Positions 21,026 to 32,249 of a stretch of DNA of 64,000 nucleotides are shown in pieces (positions within the stretch are counted from its first letter, which is position 1; every line of letters begins with the position of its first letter). The stretch comes from Candidatus Latescibacterota bacterium. GTDB lineage: Bacteria > Latescibacterota > CBDEFO01. A model generated the notes under the pieces. That model was not told where the DNA came from, ran no database searches, and saw only the letters and a list, made by a program, of their open reading frames with translations. The stretch covers positions 1,920,001 through 1,984,000 of the forward strand of contig OZ252149.1 of NCBI GenBank assembly GCA_965248755.1, given 5' to 3'. The translations under genes and the position numbers were made by a program.

Positions 21026-24000
21026 TTAGAGCCTATCCACAACAAACAGGATATCAAAAAGATTAACTATGCCATCAGCCCCATCTCCTCTTCCGTCCAC
21101 TGGATCCATAAGGAACCTTGTAACTTTATCCGATCCTGATATCACATCCGACACACCAGACTCAGAAATCCTGCTAAGAACTACATCCACCACGAAGTCC
21201 AAATCCTCTGTGCCAATCTCACCGTCAGGTGTTCCTCTGCCGGGAGGAAACTTCGACACATCCCCCATAATCCCCGTCACTGTCCGTATCATAAATCCTC
21301 CATCACCTGTTAATCCCACAAAATCAGATCCCCGCCTCCATCGTGTCACTCCTCCGATCTCATCGAAGGTCCAACTCTTGCTTGGATCAAGACCGATATT
21401 TACACCTATTGAAGGACCCGCAGCAGAAGATAACTCCATAGCCACAAACAGAGTCTGTCCTTGAGTTATTCCTACACTGACTCTGCCATCCTCAAACCTT
21501 GTGAACCCTTCTGATGCAAGCTGACTGAGACCCCCAGCAGGATCTATCACCTTGCTTGTCAACACCACGCCCGGCTCACTGCCGCTGGCATCAAAGACCT
21601 TCACCACAAAGGGATTAAGAACACCAGTGACGTTATAACTTACAGCCAAAAGACTATCCCTCAACTTCGCATCCACGCTGACCTTAACTGTATCTATCAG
21701 AATCTCAATAGCCGCCCTGTCCCCCACAGCATCAAAGGAGACAGTATCGGTTATCGCATCGATAGAAACAAAAGTAAATCCGCTAAAGAGCGTGTCTGCC
21801 TGACCATCTGGATTTGTAGGTATGACATCTACAGTACCGGCAGGATGAGCGGGAGTTGTGGCAGTAATGGTAGTCAGAGACACTACCACTACATTTGTGG
21901 CTGAGCTATCTCCGAAAGCAACAGTCGCTCCGCTTTTGAAATTGCTCCCTACTATCGTCACAGATGTACCTCCCAATTCCGTGCCAGAAGCGGGATTAAT
22001 AGATGTCACAACAGGAAGAGCAATAAAAGTGAATCCGTTCAAAAGCGTGTCTGCCTGACCATCTGGATTTGTGACTATCACATCTACTATACCAGCAGGA
22101 TGAACATGAGTTACAGCAGTAATGATGCTATCGGACAGAAAGACTACATTTGTGGCTGAGCTATCTCCGAAAGTAACAGTTGCTCCACTCTGAAAACTGC
22201 TCCCTGTTATCGTCACTGAAGAACTTCCCAATTCTGTGCCGGAAGTGGGACTAATAGATGTCACAACGGGAGGAGGTGGCACAAGGAACGGCGACCAAGA
22301 AGGATCGTTTTCATTAGCCGGGTTGTTGGTCAGATTGACCTGATTTGTCCCGTCAGCGTTCATTACGTAGATCTCGTCGTTGACATCGCGGCGTGAATAA
22401 AAGACGATCTTAGTACCGTCAGGTGACCAAGAAGGGTCAACGTCAAACGCCGGGTTGTTGGTCAGCCTTGTTGGGTTTGACCCGTCAGCGTTCATCACGT
22501 AGATCTCATTGTTGTCGTCTCGGAATGACTGAAAGGCGATCTTAGTCCCGTCAGGTGACCAAGAAGGACTCTCGTCATTCTCCGGGTTGTTGGTCAGCCT
22601 TGTTGGGTTTGACCCGTCAGCGTTCATCACGTATATCTCAAAGTTTCCATCGCGGTTTGATTGAAAGGCGATCTTAGTCCCATCATGTGACCAAGAAGGT
22701 TCAGGGTCAAACGCAGGGTTGTTGGTCAGCCTTGTTGGATTTGACCCGTCAGCGTTCATCACGTAGATCTCACCGTTGCCATCTCGGTGTGACATAAAGG
22801 CGATCTTAGTCCCGTCAGGTGACCAAGAAGGTTCACCGTCAGACGCCGGGTTGTTAGTCAGCCTTGTTAGATTTAAGCCGTCAGCGTTCATCACGTAAAT
22901 CTCATTGTTGCCATCTCGGTCTGACCGAAATGCGATCTTAGTCCCATCCGCAGACCAGGAAGGCAATTCGTCAAACGCCGGGTTGTTGGTCAGCCTTGTT
23001 AGATTTGACCCATCGGCAACCATCACGTAAATCTCATTGTTGCCATCTCGGTCTGACATAAAGGTGATCTTGGTGTTAGTAGAAAGATCACCAAAACCAA
23101 ATCCATTAAAGAGCGTGTCTACCTGACCGTCAGGATTTGTGACTATCACATCCACAGTGCCGGCAGTATGAGCGGGAGTCTTGGCGGTAATGGTACCTAA
23201 AAGCCCTACAGCTACATTTGTGGCTGAGCTATTTCCGAAAGTAACAGTCGCTCCACTCTGGAAATTGCTCCCCTTTATCGTCACAGGTGTACCGCCCGAT
23301 TCCGTGCCAGAAGTGGGATCAATAGATATTACGACAAGCACAGGGAGGAACGGCGACCAAGAAGCAGGCCCGTCGTCCGCTGTGTTGTTTGTCAAATTGA
23401 CAGGATTTGTCCCATCAGAGTTCATCACATAGATTTCACTGTTGACATCGCGATATGACCTAAAGGTGATCTTAGTTCCATCTGGCGACCAAGAAGGATT
23501 ATAGTCATTAGCACTGTTGTTGGTCAGATTAACCTGGTTTGTACCATCGGCGTTCATTACGTAGATTTCAGCGTTACCATCGCGCTCTGACCTAAAGGCG
23601 ATTTTAGTTCCATCTGGCGACCAAGAAGGATCCAAGTCATTCACCGTGTTGTTGGTCAAGTTGACAGGATTTGCTCCATCAGAGTTCATCACGAAGATTT
23701 CGTCGTCGCCATCGCGAAACGACCGAAATGCGATCTTCATGCCGTCTGGCGACCAAGAAGGATCATTTTCATTAGCCGGGTTGTTGGTCAGATTGACAGG
23801 ATTTGTCCCGTCAGCGTTCATCACGTAGATTTCATAGTCGCCATCGCGCTCTGACTCAAAGGTGATCTTAGTTCCATCTGGTGACCAAGAAGGACGGCTA
23901 TCAAACACTGTGTTGTTGGTCAGATTAACTTGGTTTGTCCCGTCTGCGTTCATCACGTAGATCTCATGGCTAACATCGCGAGTTGTCGTGAAGGCGATCA

Positions 24001-24223
24001 TAGTTCCATCTGGCGACCAAGAAGGATAATTGTCCTGCTGCGGGCTGTTTGTCAAATTGACAAGGTTTGTACCATCAGGGTTCATCACGTAGATTTCATC
24101 GCTGCTGCCATCGCGATTTGACACAAAGGCGATCTTGGTGTTGGAAAGATCTTGTGCATAGGCAGGCGCATTCAAAACGATCAGCAGTACCAAAGCGGTG
24201 TAGAAAATTGTCCATCTCATCAT
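21026..24223 (-). CDS. Secreted protein with two PD40/TolB-like beta-propellers, three IPT/TIG domains and a dockerin/EF-hand-like C-terminus
   Basis: Signal peptide ending AYA; 44-aa [26 protein letters not shown] repeats; PTSG..GGT.VTI.G.NF..GATV.FG TIG units; DGIVNLFD C-terminus. Confidence 0.88.
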   Translation of the reverse strand: MMRWTIFYTALVLLIVLNAPAYAQDLSNTKIAFVSNRDGSSDEIYVMNPDGTNLVNLTNSPQQDNYPSWSPDGTMIAFTTTRDVSHEIYVMNADGTNQVNLTNNTVFDSRPSWSPDGTKITFESERDGDYEIYVMNADGTNPVNLTNNPANENDPSWSPDGMKIAFRSFRDGDDEIFVMNSDGANPVNLTNNTVNDLDPSWSPDGTKIAFRSERDGNAEIYVMNADGTNQVNLTNNSANDYNPSWSPDGTKITFRSYRDVNSEIYVMNSDGTNPVNLTNNTADDGPASWSPFLPVLVVISIDPTSGTESGGTPVTIKGSNFQSGATVTFGNSSATNVAVGLLGTITAKTPAHTAGTVDVIVTNPDGQVDTLFNGFGFGDLSTNTKITFMSDRDGNNEIYVMVADGSNLTRLTNNPAFDELPSWSADGTKIAFRSDRDGNNEIYVMNADGLNLTRLTNNPASDGEPSWSPDGTKIAFMSHRDGNGEIYVMNADGSNPTRLTNNPAFDPEPSWSHDGTKIAFQSNRDGNFEIYVMNADGSNPTRLTNNPENDESPSWSPDGTKIAFQSFRDDNNEIYVMNADGSNPTRLTNNPAFDVDPSWSPDGTKIVFYSRRDVNDEIYVMNADGTNQVNLTNNPANENDPSWSPFLVPPPPVVTSISPTSGTELGSSSVTITGSSFQSGATVTFGDSSATNVVFLSDSIITAVTHVHPAGIVDVIVTNPDGQADTLLNGFTFIALPVVTSINPASGTELGGTSVTIVGSNFKSGATVAFGDSSATNVVVVSLTTITATTPAHPAGTVDVIPTNPDGQADTLFSGFTFVSIDAITDTVSFDAVGDRAAIEILIDTVKVSVDAKLRDSLLAVSYNVTGVLNPFVVKVFDASGSEPGVVLTSKVIDPAGGLSQLASEGFTRFEDGRVSVGITQGQTLFVAMELSSAAGPSIGVNIGLDPSKSWTFDEIGGVTRWRRGSDFVGLTGDGGFMIRTVTGIMGDVSKFPPGRGTPDGEIGTEDLDFVVDVVLSRISESGVSDVISGSDKVTRFLMDPVDGRGDGADGIVNLFDILFVVDRL

Positions 24224-25023
24224 AGCTTTCCCTCTGCCCGCATCTTTGATCCGTACTCCTCAAGTTCGGCTTTCTCATTTGGAGTTATCGTTGTGCGTTG
24301 AGATAGGGCAGATGCTACCTCCCAGAAAAGATCTACATTTCTCAATGCCATAATCGTCATATTGACTGAATCGTTGCTTAAAACGTAGCGGTAGAAGGCT
24401 TCAGGCGCAGGATCCCCGGAATCGCTGAAGAGCTTTTCGTTGCGCGAAGCGTTCATAACGACCACGCCAGTGTTGTGTGCCACAGCGTGTGGGAAGACAC
24501 TTTCCTCAGGCTCTCTCATCGCGCAGTTATACCAGCACAAGACGGTGTCAAAGAGACCTATAGCGACTGCCTCTCCCACCTGATCCCAGTCGTGACCTGT
24601 GACACCCATGAAGCGTATAAGTCCCTCCTCCTTGGCCTTATGGAATGTCTCCATCGCGCCGTCTTTGCCTAAGGCCTGCTCGCGCTGGGATTGAATGTTG
24701 AGATTGTGCACCTGCCAGATGTCTATGTAGTCTGTCCCGAGCAGTTTCAGGGATATCTCCAGGTCTTGGCGCGCTCCTTTGGCATCGCGTCTAGACGACT
24801 TGGTAGCCAGGATGATGTCCTCCCGCCTCCCTTTGATAGCCTCCCCTATGACCTTTTCGTCTTCTCCGTCTCTGTAGAGGCGGGCGGTATCAATATAGTT
24901 GACGCCGGAGTCCAGGGCCCTTCGATAACCGTCCGCATCTTCACAGTATGCACCCCCTATGCCAAGTCGCGTAACGGTCAAACCTGTGCGGCCCAGGGTC
25001 GTTGTGGGAATATCGTAGGCCAT
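24220..25023 (-). CDS. Aldo/keto reductase
   Basis: [35 protein letters not shown] and GVTGH. Confidence 0.9.
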   Translation of the reverse strand: MAYDIPTTTLGRTGLTVTRLGIGGAYCEDADGYRRALDSGVNYIDTARLYRDGEDEKVIGEAIKGRREDIILATKSSRRDAKGARQDLEISLKLLGTDYIDIWQVHNLNIQSQREQALGKDGAMETFHKAKEEGLIRFMGVTGHDWDQVGEAVAIGLFDTVLCWYNCAMREPEESVFPHAVAHNTGVVVMNASRNEKLFSDSGDPAPEAFYRYVLSNDSVNMTIMALRNVDLFWEVASALSQRTTITPNEKAELEEYGSKMRAEGKL

Positions 25024-25104
25024 CTTGATCAGAGGCTCCTTTGCGGTTTGGAGTTGGAACTAAGCAAATAGATAGCAGTCAGGGCATTTCGACCCCCATC
25101 GATG

Positions 25105-26238
25105 CTAACCACCGTCAACCGTCTCGAACCGAGCTATCCGTAGTGGCTGGATGTCGAAATGTGTCCCGCCGTCCAGAGCCATCTCCGAAAGGATCTTCCC
25201 GACTAGACTGCAGAACTTGAACCCGTGACCGGAGAATCCCGCAGCGATGATGATATCGGCACAGTCAGGATGCGTATCTATAATAAAGTCCTCATCCGGG
25301 GTCTCCGTGTAGAGACAGACCTCGCCGTGAATGGCATCGCCTGCTGCATCAGGGATGCGCTCTTTCAAAAATGCTCTAAGGTGCTCAATATATTCGGCAT
25401 CTGGCGTGCGATTGCAGGTGTCGGGCGATACCTTCTCCAGACCTATATCGTGCCGCGCTACCTTGACTCCCTCACGTCCGAAGGCAGGAAAGCCGTAGAA
25501 GAACTCGCCCCAGGTTACGTCCACAAAGATCGGGAACTGTCCTAACTGGAAGAGACTTGGATCCTTTGGGCGATAATAGACCACCTGCTGGCGCGTCACG
25601 GTCAAGGGCAGACCTAATTCACCGAGAATTTGTCCCGCCCACGGCCCTGCGGTCACAATGACTTTATCGGCTCGGAAGCGCTCCTCTTTTGTAATCACTT
25701 CGGGAGTATGCCCCTTAAAGTCGATGCCTTCAACAGATATCTCCTCTCTGACTTCCGCTCCGTGCTGTTCAGCTAATTTTAAATGAGTTAAGATGCACTC
25801 TGAGGCGTGGAGGAAGCCCGTATCCTCTTGCCAGAGGACGCTTGTTCCGTCCGGTATTTTGAATTGAGGGAACCGTTCAAAAAGTTGCTCCTTGCCCCAC
25901 CACTCTGATTCGACACCTGCCGCCTCCAAACCATCGCGCGCTGTGAGGACGTAATTGTGTCCCTCGGGAGCGATCAGCACGCTGCCGGTGGGAAAGAGCA
26001 GCTGTACTCCCGATGCTTTTTCCAGGCTGCGCCATTCTCTGTAGGCGGCCTTGGCAAGCTCAATGTAGAATTTCTTATCGTAGAACAGTCGGATGACCCG
26101 GCTGTAGCCGTGAGAACTCCCGAAGGTATGTCCCCTTTCAAATTTTTCCAGCACTAAAATTTTTGCCCCCGAACGAGCCAGATGATATGCCGCCCCACTA
26201 CCCATTCCACCTGCACCGATGACGATAGCGTCGTACAC
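25105..26238 (-). CDS. solA: N-methyl-L-tryptophan/monomeric sarcosine oxidase
   Basis: GAGGMGS, GSSHGYSRVIR, CLYTETPDEDFIID (covalent-FAD Cys) and GFSGHGFKF. Confidence 0.85.
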   Translation of the reverse strand: MYDAIVIGAGGMGSGAAYHLARSGAKILVLEKFERGHTFGSSHGYSRVIRLFYDKKFYIELAKAAYREWRSLEKASGVQLLFPTGSVLIAPEGHNYVLTARDGLEAAGVESEWWGKEQLFERFPQFKIPDGTSVLWQEDTGFLHASECILTHLKLAEQHGAEVREEISVEGIDFKGHTPEVITKEERFRADKVIVTAGPWAGQILGELGLPLTVTRQQVVYYRPKDPSLFQLGQFPIFVDVTWGEFFYGFPAFGREGVKVARHDIGLEKVSPDTCNRTPDAEYIEHLRAFLKERIPDAAGDAIHGEVCLYTETPDEDFIIDTHPDCADIIIAAGFSGHGFKFCSLVGKILSEMALDGGTHFDIQPLRIARFETVDGG

Positions 26239-26754
26239 TCCTTAACCTCCTCGTAATGACTGTTATTTCTACAGAAGCCAGTAAGTTCTGTGGCATCTTC
26301 GCGACCATAAGATACCTTAAACTGGCCCGAAGATCAAGCTATTTTTGCACTGCTTCCCCAAAGATAACATCAGATTTTACTTGATTTAGAGATAAAAAGT
26401 TCGTATTGTTTATCTAAATGTACGGGCGACCGCTCCGTGGCTTGTTGCGGCCTCTGCCCTCGCCCCTAATGTGTGGCCACGGTTCTTATGCCGGAGTCAA
26501 GAAATCTAATTTCCAGTAAGGATAAGCAATCTCGTAGACAGTAGACAGGGGTTTGCTCCCCCACACGATTCTAAACTGTCCAAAAACTGTCGCAGTTAGT
26601 CCGTTATGTTACCTTGATCGCTAACGTCTTGTAGACATAAGCATTTTGTAGACATAAACATTGAGCTTCAGTCACATGTATACAGTTTGCAGGAGCAAGT
26701 CAAGAGCGAGGAGGAAGTGCCGGCACAGCTCGGAGTGCCCTCGGCGCAAAAGTC

Positions 26755-27393
26755 ATGGATAAAAATCCCGTACAGAAGGTCATTCAGTCGGTCAAGGACT
26801 TCTATGAAGAGAGTGGTATCTTCCTGCAGAAGTTCGGGTTTGGGAGGAAACCTGCGCTGGTTATTATTGACATGGCCTACGGCTGGACTGACCCGGAATA
26901 CGCCTCTGGTTCTGCACGGCTGGATGAGGCAGTGGAGGGTATCCAGCGGCTGTTGCCAGTTTGCCGGGCAAAGGATCTGCCTATCATTTACACTACTTTA
27001 CCGTTCCGCGAGGGAACAGCAGGGCCGATGCATATACAGCCTGGGGCTGACATCAGGTATCGGCCCTGGGATGCACGAGCCTGCCAGATCGACGCTCGCC
27101 TAAAGCCTAAAAACGAGGATCTCATCATCTACAAGGAATATTCCAGCGCCTTCTTTGGAACGCATCTGGCTCCATATCTGATTGAGCGCGGTGTGGACAC
27201 GCTAATTACTACCGGTTGTTCTACCAGCGCGTGTGTAAGGGCAACGGTAGTGGACGCACGCTCTTACAGATTTAGGCCCGTCGTCCCACGGCAATGCGTC
27301 CAGGACCGAGCTGCAGAGGCTCACGAGTGGAACCTCTTTGATATAGACGCCAAGTTCGGCGATGTGGTGGATAATGCTGAAGTCATAGATTAA
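26755..27393 (+). CDS. Isochorismatase-family amidase (N-carbamoylsarcosine/maleamate amidohydrolase-like); probably slightly truncated
   Basis: GFGRKPALVIID, K.YSSAFFGT, GCSTSACVRAT and LFDIDAKFGDV; frame continues EVID*LNRLADQ* to 27417. Confidence 0.85.
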   Translation: MDKNPVQKVIQSVKDFYEESGIFLQKFGFGRKPALVIIDMAYGWTDPEYASGSARLDEAVEGIQRLLPVCRAKDLPIIYTTLPFREGTAGPMHIQPGADIRYRPWDARACQIDARLKPKNEDLIIYKEYSSAFFGTHLAPYLIERGVDTLITTGCSTSACVRATVVDARSYRFRPVVPRQCVQDRAAEAHEWNLFDIDAKFGDVVDNAEVID

Positions 27394-27484
27394 CTTAACA
27401 GGTTGGCGGATCAATAAACTGGCCCGCATCAGAAATGTATACTGCACAAGATCTTCAAAGACGACATTCGGGAGACGTGCGCAA

Positions 27485-28504
27485 TTGAATCGAAACGCAG
27501 CGATTTTACTCCTATCTTTACTTCAGCCCTATTTTTTCAACTGTTCCAATGCCACAGGTCCGTCTGATCCTGTTAGATATAATGGCTATCAAAGGGGCGT
27601 GTCTTTCTCCTGCTGGGAGTACTACTGCCTTACGGGCGAAAGCGCAGAAGGAGTTTTAAATGAGATTGCCTCCATCGGAGCAAACTGGGTCTCTCTGACC
27701 GCCACATGGTATCAAAACACTCCGAACTCGAGTCGCATACACAGAGACAGCAGAAAGACCATCTCCGACGACTACCTGCAGGAGACAATTGACTTGGCTC
27801 ACCAGATCGGCCTAAAGGTCATGCTGAAACCCCATGTGGACGTCCTGGACGGGACGTGGAGGGGACACATTGCACTCCGGGAGTCCCAGGATATAGAAAG
27901 ATGGTTTTCCAGCTACAAGGAATTCATCTTGCACTACGCAAAGATCGCATCAGAGCATAACGTGGAACAGTTCTGTATCGGCACAGAGTTTGTGGGGATG
28001 AGCGCATTTGCCTCACACTGGAGGGGGATCGTAAGGGATGTGAGGGGACATTTCAGGGGCGATCTGACGTATGCCGCCAACTTTGACGAGTATCAAGAGA
28101 TAGGATTCTGGGACGAATTAGACTACGCGGGGATCAACGCTTACTTCCCCCTGACAGAAAGAGCAGACGCCCCTTTCGGGGAGATAATAGATGGATGGGA
28201 AAGGTGGGCAGATAGCATAGAGGTCTGGCAGGCGGAAGTCGGAAGAAAAGTTGTCGTAACGGAGATCGGTTATTCTGTCTGGGACGGAACCAGCGTTGAG
28301 CCGTGGACCGTTCCCGAAGGGGCCAGAGAAGACCTTCAGGAGCAGGCCGACTCCTACAGAGCCGCTCTATCAGTGCTTTCTGCGAGTGCCTGGCTCGAAG
28401 GCATCTTCTGGTGGAACTGGGTCGATCTTGACTACTCCCCTAAGGGCAAGCCTGCGGAGGCCGTATTAGTCGACTTCTGGAAAGACGTGATACCTATGCC
28501 TTGA
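27485..28504 (+). CDS. Glycoside hydrolase family 113-like lipoprotein
   Basis: GLKVMLKPHVD, WRG, CIGTEF, TYAANFD, GINAYFPL, TEIGY and FWWNW; N-terminal hydrophobic stretch with Cys. Confidence 0.8.
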   Translation: MNRNAAILLLSLLQPYFFNCSNATGPSDPVRYNGYQRGVSFSCWEYYCLTGESAEGVLNEIASIGANWVSLTATWYQNTPNSSRIHRDSRKTISDDYLQETIDLAHQIGLKVMLKPHVDVLDGTWRGHIALRESQDIERWFSSYKEFILHYAKIASEHNVEQFCIGTEFVGMSAFASHWRGIVRDVRGHFRGDLTYAANFDEYQEIGFWDELDYAGINAYFPLTERADAPFGEIIDGWERWADSIEVWQAEVGRKVVVTEIGYSVWDGTSVEPWTVPEGAREDLQEQADSYRAALSVLSASAWLEGIFWWNWVDLDYSPKGKPAEAVLVDFWKDVIPMP

Positions 28505-28540
28505 GCGGTTATCGGCTACCTTAACCTTACGGAGTTTGCC

Positions 28541-29485
28541 GTGGAATATCGCCAGCTTGGAGATTCAGGCTTTAATGTCTCCGTGATAGGTCTGGGATGC
28601 TGGCCTATCGCGGGGATCGGTTGGAGCGGTGTGGATGATAAAGAGTCCATCGCTGCCATTAAAAAGTCCCTGGATATGGGGATAAACTTTATAGATACCG
28701 CGTATATGTACGGCAAGAACGGCGAGTCCGAAAGGCTTGTGGGAAAGGCTATCCAGGGTAGGAGAGATGAGGTGATCATAGCCACCAAAGGCGGACTCCA
28801 CTGGGAGGATGACGAACTGTGCCACGATAGCTCCAGAGGAAGAATAAAGCGACAGGTGGAGGAGAGCCTGAAGAGGTTGAATATAGATGTTATAGATCTT
28901 TATCAAGTCCATGCGTACGATGAAAATACGCCCCTCCAGGAGACAGCGCAGACGATGGATGACCTTCTGAGAGAAGGTAAGATAAGGGCGATCGGGGTGA
29001 GCAACTATAGTGTGTCCTCTATGAAGGAGTTTGCAAAATACGCACCGCTCCATTCTCTTCAACCTCCCTACAATATGATAATGCGGGCAATTGAAGATGA
29101 GATATTGCCCCACTGTATAGCGTCGGGGATAGGGGTGTGCGTGTACTGGCCCTTCTACAAGGGGCTGTTGACGGGCAAGTATCAAAAGGGACACAGCTTT
29201 CCCAAGGGGGACAGCAGAAAGAATGACCCTGAGTTTGGGGGGAAAAGGTTTGAAAGGACCTTAGATATGCTGGACAGATTGAGAGGGATAGCAGATGAGT
29301 GCGGAAGTTCTTTAGCGGAGTTAGTGACAAATTGGACTATCCATCAGCCGGGAGTGACGCTGGCTATATGCGGGGCCACGAGACCAGATCAGGTGGAGAA
29401 AAACGCCCGTGCGGGAGATTGGAAACTGGGGGAAGACCAGATGAAAAGGATCAACGAAATTATAGGCAAGGGGGATGCAGCTTAG
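28541..29485 (+). CDS. Aldo/keto reductase (IolS/YhdN-like)
   Basis: GINFIDTAYMYG, VIIATKGG, IDLYQVH, IGVSN, SLQPPYN and GLLTGKY. Confidence 0.92.
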   Translation: MEYRQLGDSGFNVSVIGLGCWPIAGIGWSGVDDKESIAAIKKSLDMGINFIDTAYMYGKNGESERLVGKAIQGRRDEVIIATKGGLHWEDDELCHDSSRGRIKRQVEESLKRLNIDVIDLYQVHAYDENTPLQETAQTMDDLLREGKIRAIGVSNYSVSSMKEFAKYAPLHSLQPPYNMIMRAIEDEILPHCIASGIGVCVYWPFYKGLLTGKYQKGHSFPKGDSRKNDPEFGGKRFERTLDMLDRLRGIADECGSSLAELVTNWTIHQPGVTLAICGATRPDQVEKNARAGDWKLGEDQMKRINEIIGKGDAA

Positions 29486-29592
29486 TGATGCCCCAGGCTC
29501 CCTGATAGAATTTTAGAGACTTTTGTGACAAAGTAAACTCTGATATGGAGACTTACGATTCAAAAAATTTATAAATTTACGAAGCCTCCATA

Positions 29593-29621
29593 TTGCATTA
29601 GGCCATTGATTTTATTATATT
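29593..29621 (+). promoter_or_regulatory. Sigma70-like promoter of the oxidoreductase operon
   Basis: TTGCAT-17-TATATT. Confidence 0.5.
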
Positions 29622-29688
29622 CAAAGTAACCTTTAGCTTTCGGTATGGTTGCTGATTGCATATACTTTGGATGAAAGGATAGATTACT

Positions 29689-30300
29689 GTGGTTGTGCAA
29701 TCGCCTGTATCAAACCAGACGAGTCTGGTGGAGATCGCCCTCTACGGCAGGGGGGGTCAAGGCGTAAAGATGTCAGGGGATATTATATCTTACGCCCTGT
29801 TCGATGAGGGGAAGAAGCTCTACAGCCAGCCGAAGTACGGAAGCGATAGGATGGGAACGCCTGTGGGATATTCCATAAAATTCGACAGGGAGGGGGAAAA
29901 GCTGAACGATCGGAGCTGGATTAAAAATCCGGGCTATCTGGTCGTGATGGATACGGTGATCTTCAGCAGTCAGGGGTTGGATCTTATAAGTTCCCTCAAG
30001 GAGGGCGGAATCCTCATAATCAACAGCAAGAAAGACCCTCTAAAATTCAGCTTTTTGGGGCCGTTCAACATAGCTACGGTAGATGCAAGCGGCGTTGCCA
30101 AGGAGCTGGGTCTTATCAAGGGGAGCGTGCCTCTTCTGAGTCCCATAATGCCGGGGGCATTCTCGAAGGTAACGGGGATGGTGAGCATGGAGAGTCTGGA
30201 AAAATCTCTTGAAAAGGTCCTCACAAAAAGCGGTCTGACCCGGCGGCTGGATCAGAACATAGAGGCCCTAAGGAGAGGCTACGAAGAGGTAAACCAGTAG
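29689..30300 (+). CDS. 2-oxoacid:acceptor oxidoreductase gamma subunit
   Basis: GRGGQG, PKYGSDRMGTPV, GGILIINS and VDASGVA. Confidence 0.88.
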   Translation: MVVQSPVSNQTSLVEIALYGRGGQGVKMSGDIISYALFDEGKKLYSQPKYGSDRMGTPVGYSIKFDREGEKLNDRSWIKNPGYLVVMDTVIFSSQGLDLISSLKEGGILIINSKKDPLKFSFLGPFNIATVDASGVAKELGLIKGSVPLLSPIMPGAFSKVTGMVSMESLEKSLEKVLTKSGLTRRLDQNIEALRRGYEEVNQ

Positions 30301-30378
30301 ACGGCAAACGGTAGACAGCAAAGAGTGGGGAGGCAGTGCCCTGTCTACTGTCTACTGAATTAAGGGGGTATATAGATA

Positions 30379-32115
30379 GTGGCAGGAAATAGTGGTCCTA
30401 TGCGTTTTGCTTCTACACGGAGCAGCACCGAGATTTTGACGGGAAGTCAGCGGTACGAAAAGCCGATATACGATTTTTATCTTAAGGACGCTCCGTGCCG
30501 TGAGGCGTGTCCCGCGGGACACGACATCGCTTGGGCTCTCTTTATGGTGGGTAAGGAAAGGTACGATCTGGCGTTTTCAACGTTCAAGGAGGAGAGCCCG
30601 TTTCCGTCGGTGACGGGGAGGGTGTGCTATCATCCGTGTGAGAGTGAGTGTAACAGAGGAAGATACGATCAGCCTCTTGCTATAAGCGCTTTAGAGCGGG
30701 TGTTTTCGGATTTAGGGGATAACGGGGAAGTTGAAAAGCCGGACACAAAATACAGCGAAAGGGTGGCGATCATAGGGAGCGGCCCGTCGGGTCTGACCTG
30801 TGCTTATCATCTAAGAAGGCTCGGTTATCCTATTACGGTGTTCGAGGCTGATGCGGAGCCGGGCGGTGCTCTTTTAACGGGGATTCCGGATTACAGGCTC
30901 TCCAACGATATTATAAGAGGGGAGATCGACAAGCTTTCAAGGATGGGTATTCGGTTCGAAGTGAAGACAAAGGTTGGCGAGGATGTCTCTTTTGAGCAGA
31001 TTCGCAAAGGTCATAAGGCGGTGTTCTTAGGTGTTGGACTCCCGAAGGGTCGAATGCTGGATACCCCCGGAGCGGATGGTGTCGATGTGATGACAGGCGT
31101 GGACTTCCTGTTCAAGGTAAATATAGAGGGCGGCGTAAAGATGGGCAAAAGGGTGATGGTGATAGGTGCAGGTGATGTGGCGATAGATGTTTCTCGTTCC
31201 GCTATAAGGTCGGGGGCTGAGGAGGTGACGATATGTTGTGTTGAGAAGTTGGAGGATATACCCGCCCATCCTGAGGAGGTGAAAGCCGCTATTAGTGAGG
31301 GGGTAAAGATAGAATCTTCTTTGGCTTCGACGCTTATTTCGCCGAACGGAGGCGGTCTGGATGTGAACTTTGCCGGGGTAAGATCGTTCGGAAGGCAATC
31401 AGATGGGGTCGTGAAGATCGAGATAGATGAACATACAAAGAGGACTATCAGCACGGATCAGATCATCTGCGCAATCGCTCAGCAGTCGGACCTTGGATTC
31501 CTACCTGAGGGATTGAACAACAAGGCCCAGATAAAGGTTGACATCTTCGGACGGACAAACGAGGAGGGTGTATTCTCAGGTGGCGACGTGACGGGGACTT
31601 ACAACGTGGTGAACGCCATAGGTTCGGGGAAAAGAGCTGCAATAGGGATAGATTGCTACTTGAGGGGACGGGATGTGGGCGGTCTTATGGAAAAGCTGAG
31701 GATAGGGGGACAAGGGGCACTTTCGATGAAGTCGTATATGGAGATCATAAAAGGCAAAGATCCTCAAGTAAGGTCCCAAAAGATAATCCCGATCGAAGAG
31801 ATCAATCTGGACTATTTTCCTGAAGAAGAAAAGACACATCACAAAGAGCTCTCCTTAGGCGAAAGAAAACAGAGTTTCAGAGAGGTCAACTTTGCGTTTA
31901 CTCCCGAGGAAGCTTTGCGGGAAGCACTACGGTGCTTCAACTGCGGTATGTGCAATATGTGCGGGAATTGCTACACGTTCTGTCCCGATTCTGCGGTTAT
32001 TCAGAAAGACGATTGGAGCTTTGAGATCGCCACGGATTACTGCAAGGGCTGCGGTGTATGCGTCCAGGAGTGTCCAAGGTCTGCTATGTCAATGGTAATA
32101 GAAGAGGAGCTATAG
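30379..32115 (+). CDS. GltD/SudA-like FAD/NAD(P)-dependent oxidoreductase fused to a delta-like 2x[4Fe-4S] domain
   Basis: PCREACPAG, GRVCYHPCESECNR, GSGPSG, GAGDVAID and C-terminal RCFNCGMCNMCGNC...CPD / YCKGCGVC...CP. Confidence 0.9.
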   Translation: MAGNSGPMRFASTRSSTEILTGSQRYEKPIYDFYLKDAPCREACPAGHDIAWALFMVGKERYDLAFSTFKEESPFPSVTGRVCYHPCESECNRGRYDQPLAISALERVFSDLGDNGEVEKPDTKYSERVAIIGSGPSGLTCAYHLRRLGYPITVFEADAEPGGALLTGIPDYRLSNDIIRGEIDKLSRMGIRFEVKTKVGEDVSFEQIRKGHKAVFLGVGLPKGRMLDTPGADGVDVMTGVDFLFKVNIEGGVKMGKRVMVIGAGDVAIDVSRSAIRSGAEEVTICCVEKLEDIPAHPEEVKAAISEGVKIESSLASTLISPNGGGLDVNFAGVRSFGRQSDGVVKIEIDEHTKRTISTDQIICAIAQQSDLGFLPEGLNNKAQIKVDIFGRTNEEGVFSGGDVTGTYNVVNAIGSGKRAAIGIDCYLRGRDVGGLMEKLRIGGQGALSMKSYMEIIKGKDPQVRSQKIIPIEEINLDYFPEEEKTHHKELSLGERKQSFREVNFAFTPEEALREALRCFNCGMCNMCGNCYTFCPDSAVIQKDDWSFEIATDYCKGCGVCVQECPRSAMSMVIEEEL

Positions 32116-32249
32116 AGCAGTAGACAGGGAAAGGCAAAGGCGAGTAGACAGGAGATGGTAGATCGGACATTCCTGTCTGACGTAGACAGCATACAGGGAG
32201 AGGGGGCGGTACCCGGCCTACTGTCTACTTGAATAAGGGGAGATAGAAA

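Noticed and set aside
22290..24140. 132-bp periodic repeats
   Set aside because: Coding PD40 propeller blades.
29522..29585. Possible Rex/Crp-like box upstream of the oxidoreductase operon
   Set aside because: Only a TTGTGA half-site and AT-rich palindromes; not enough support.
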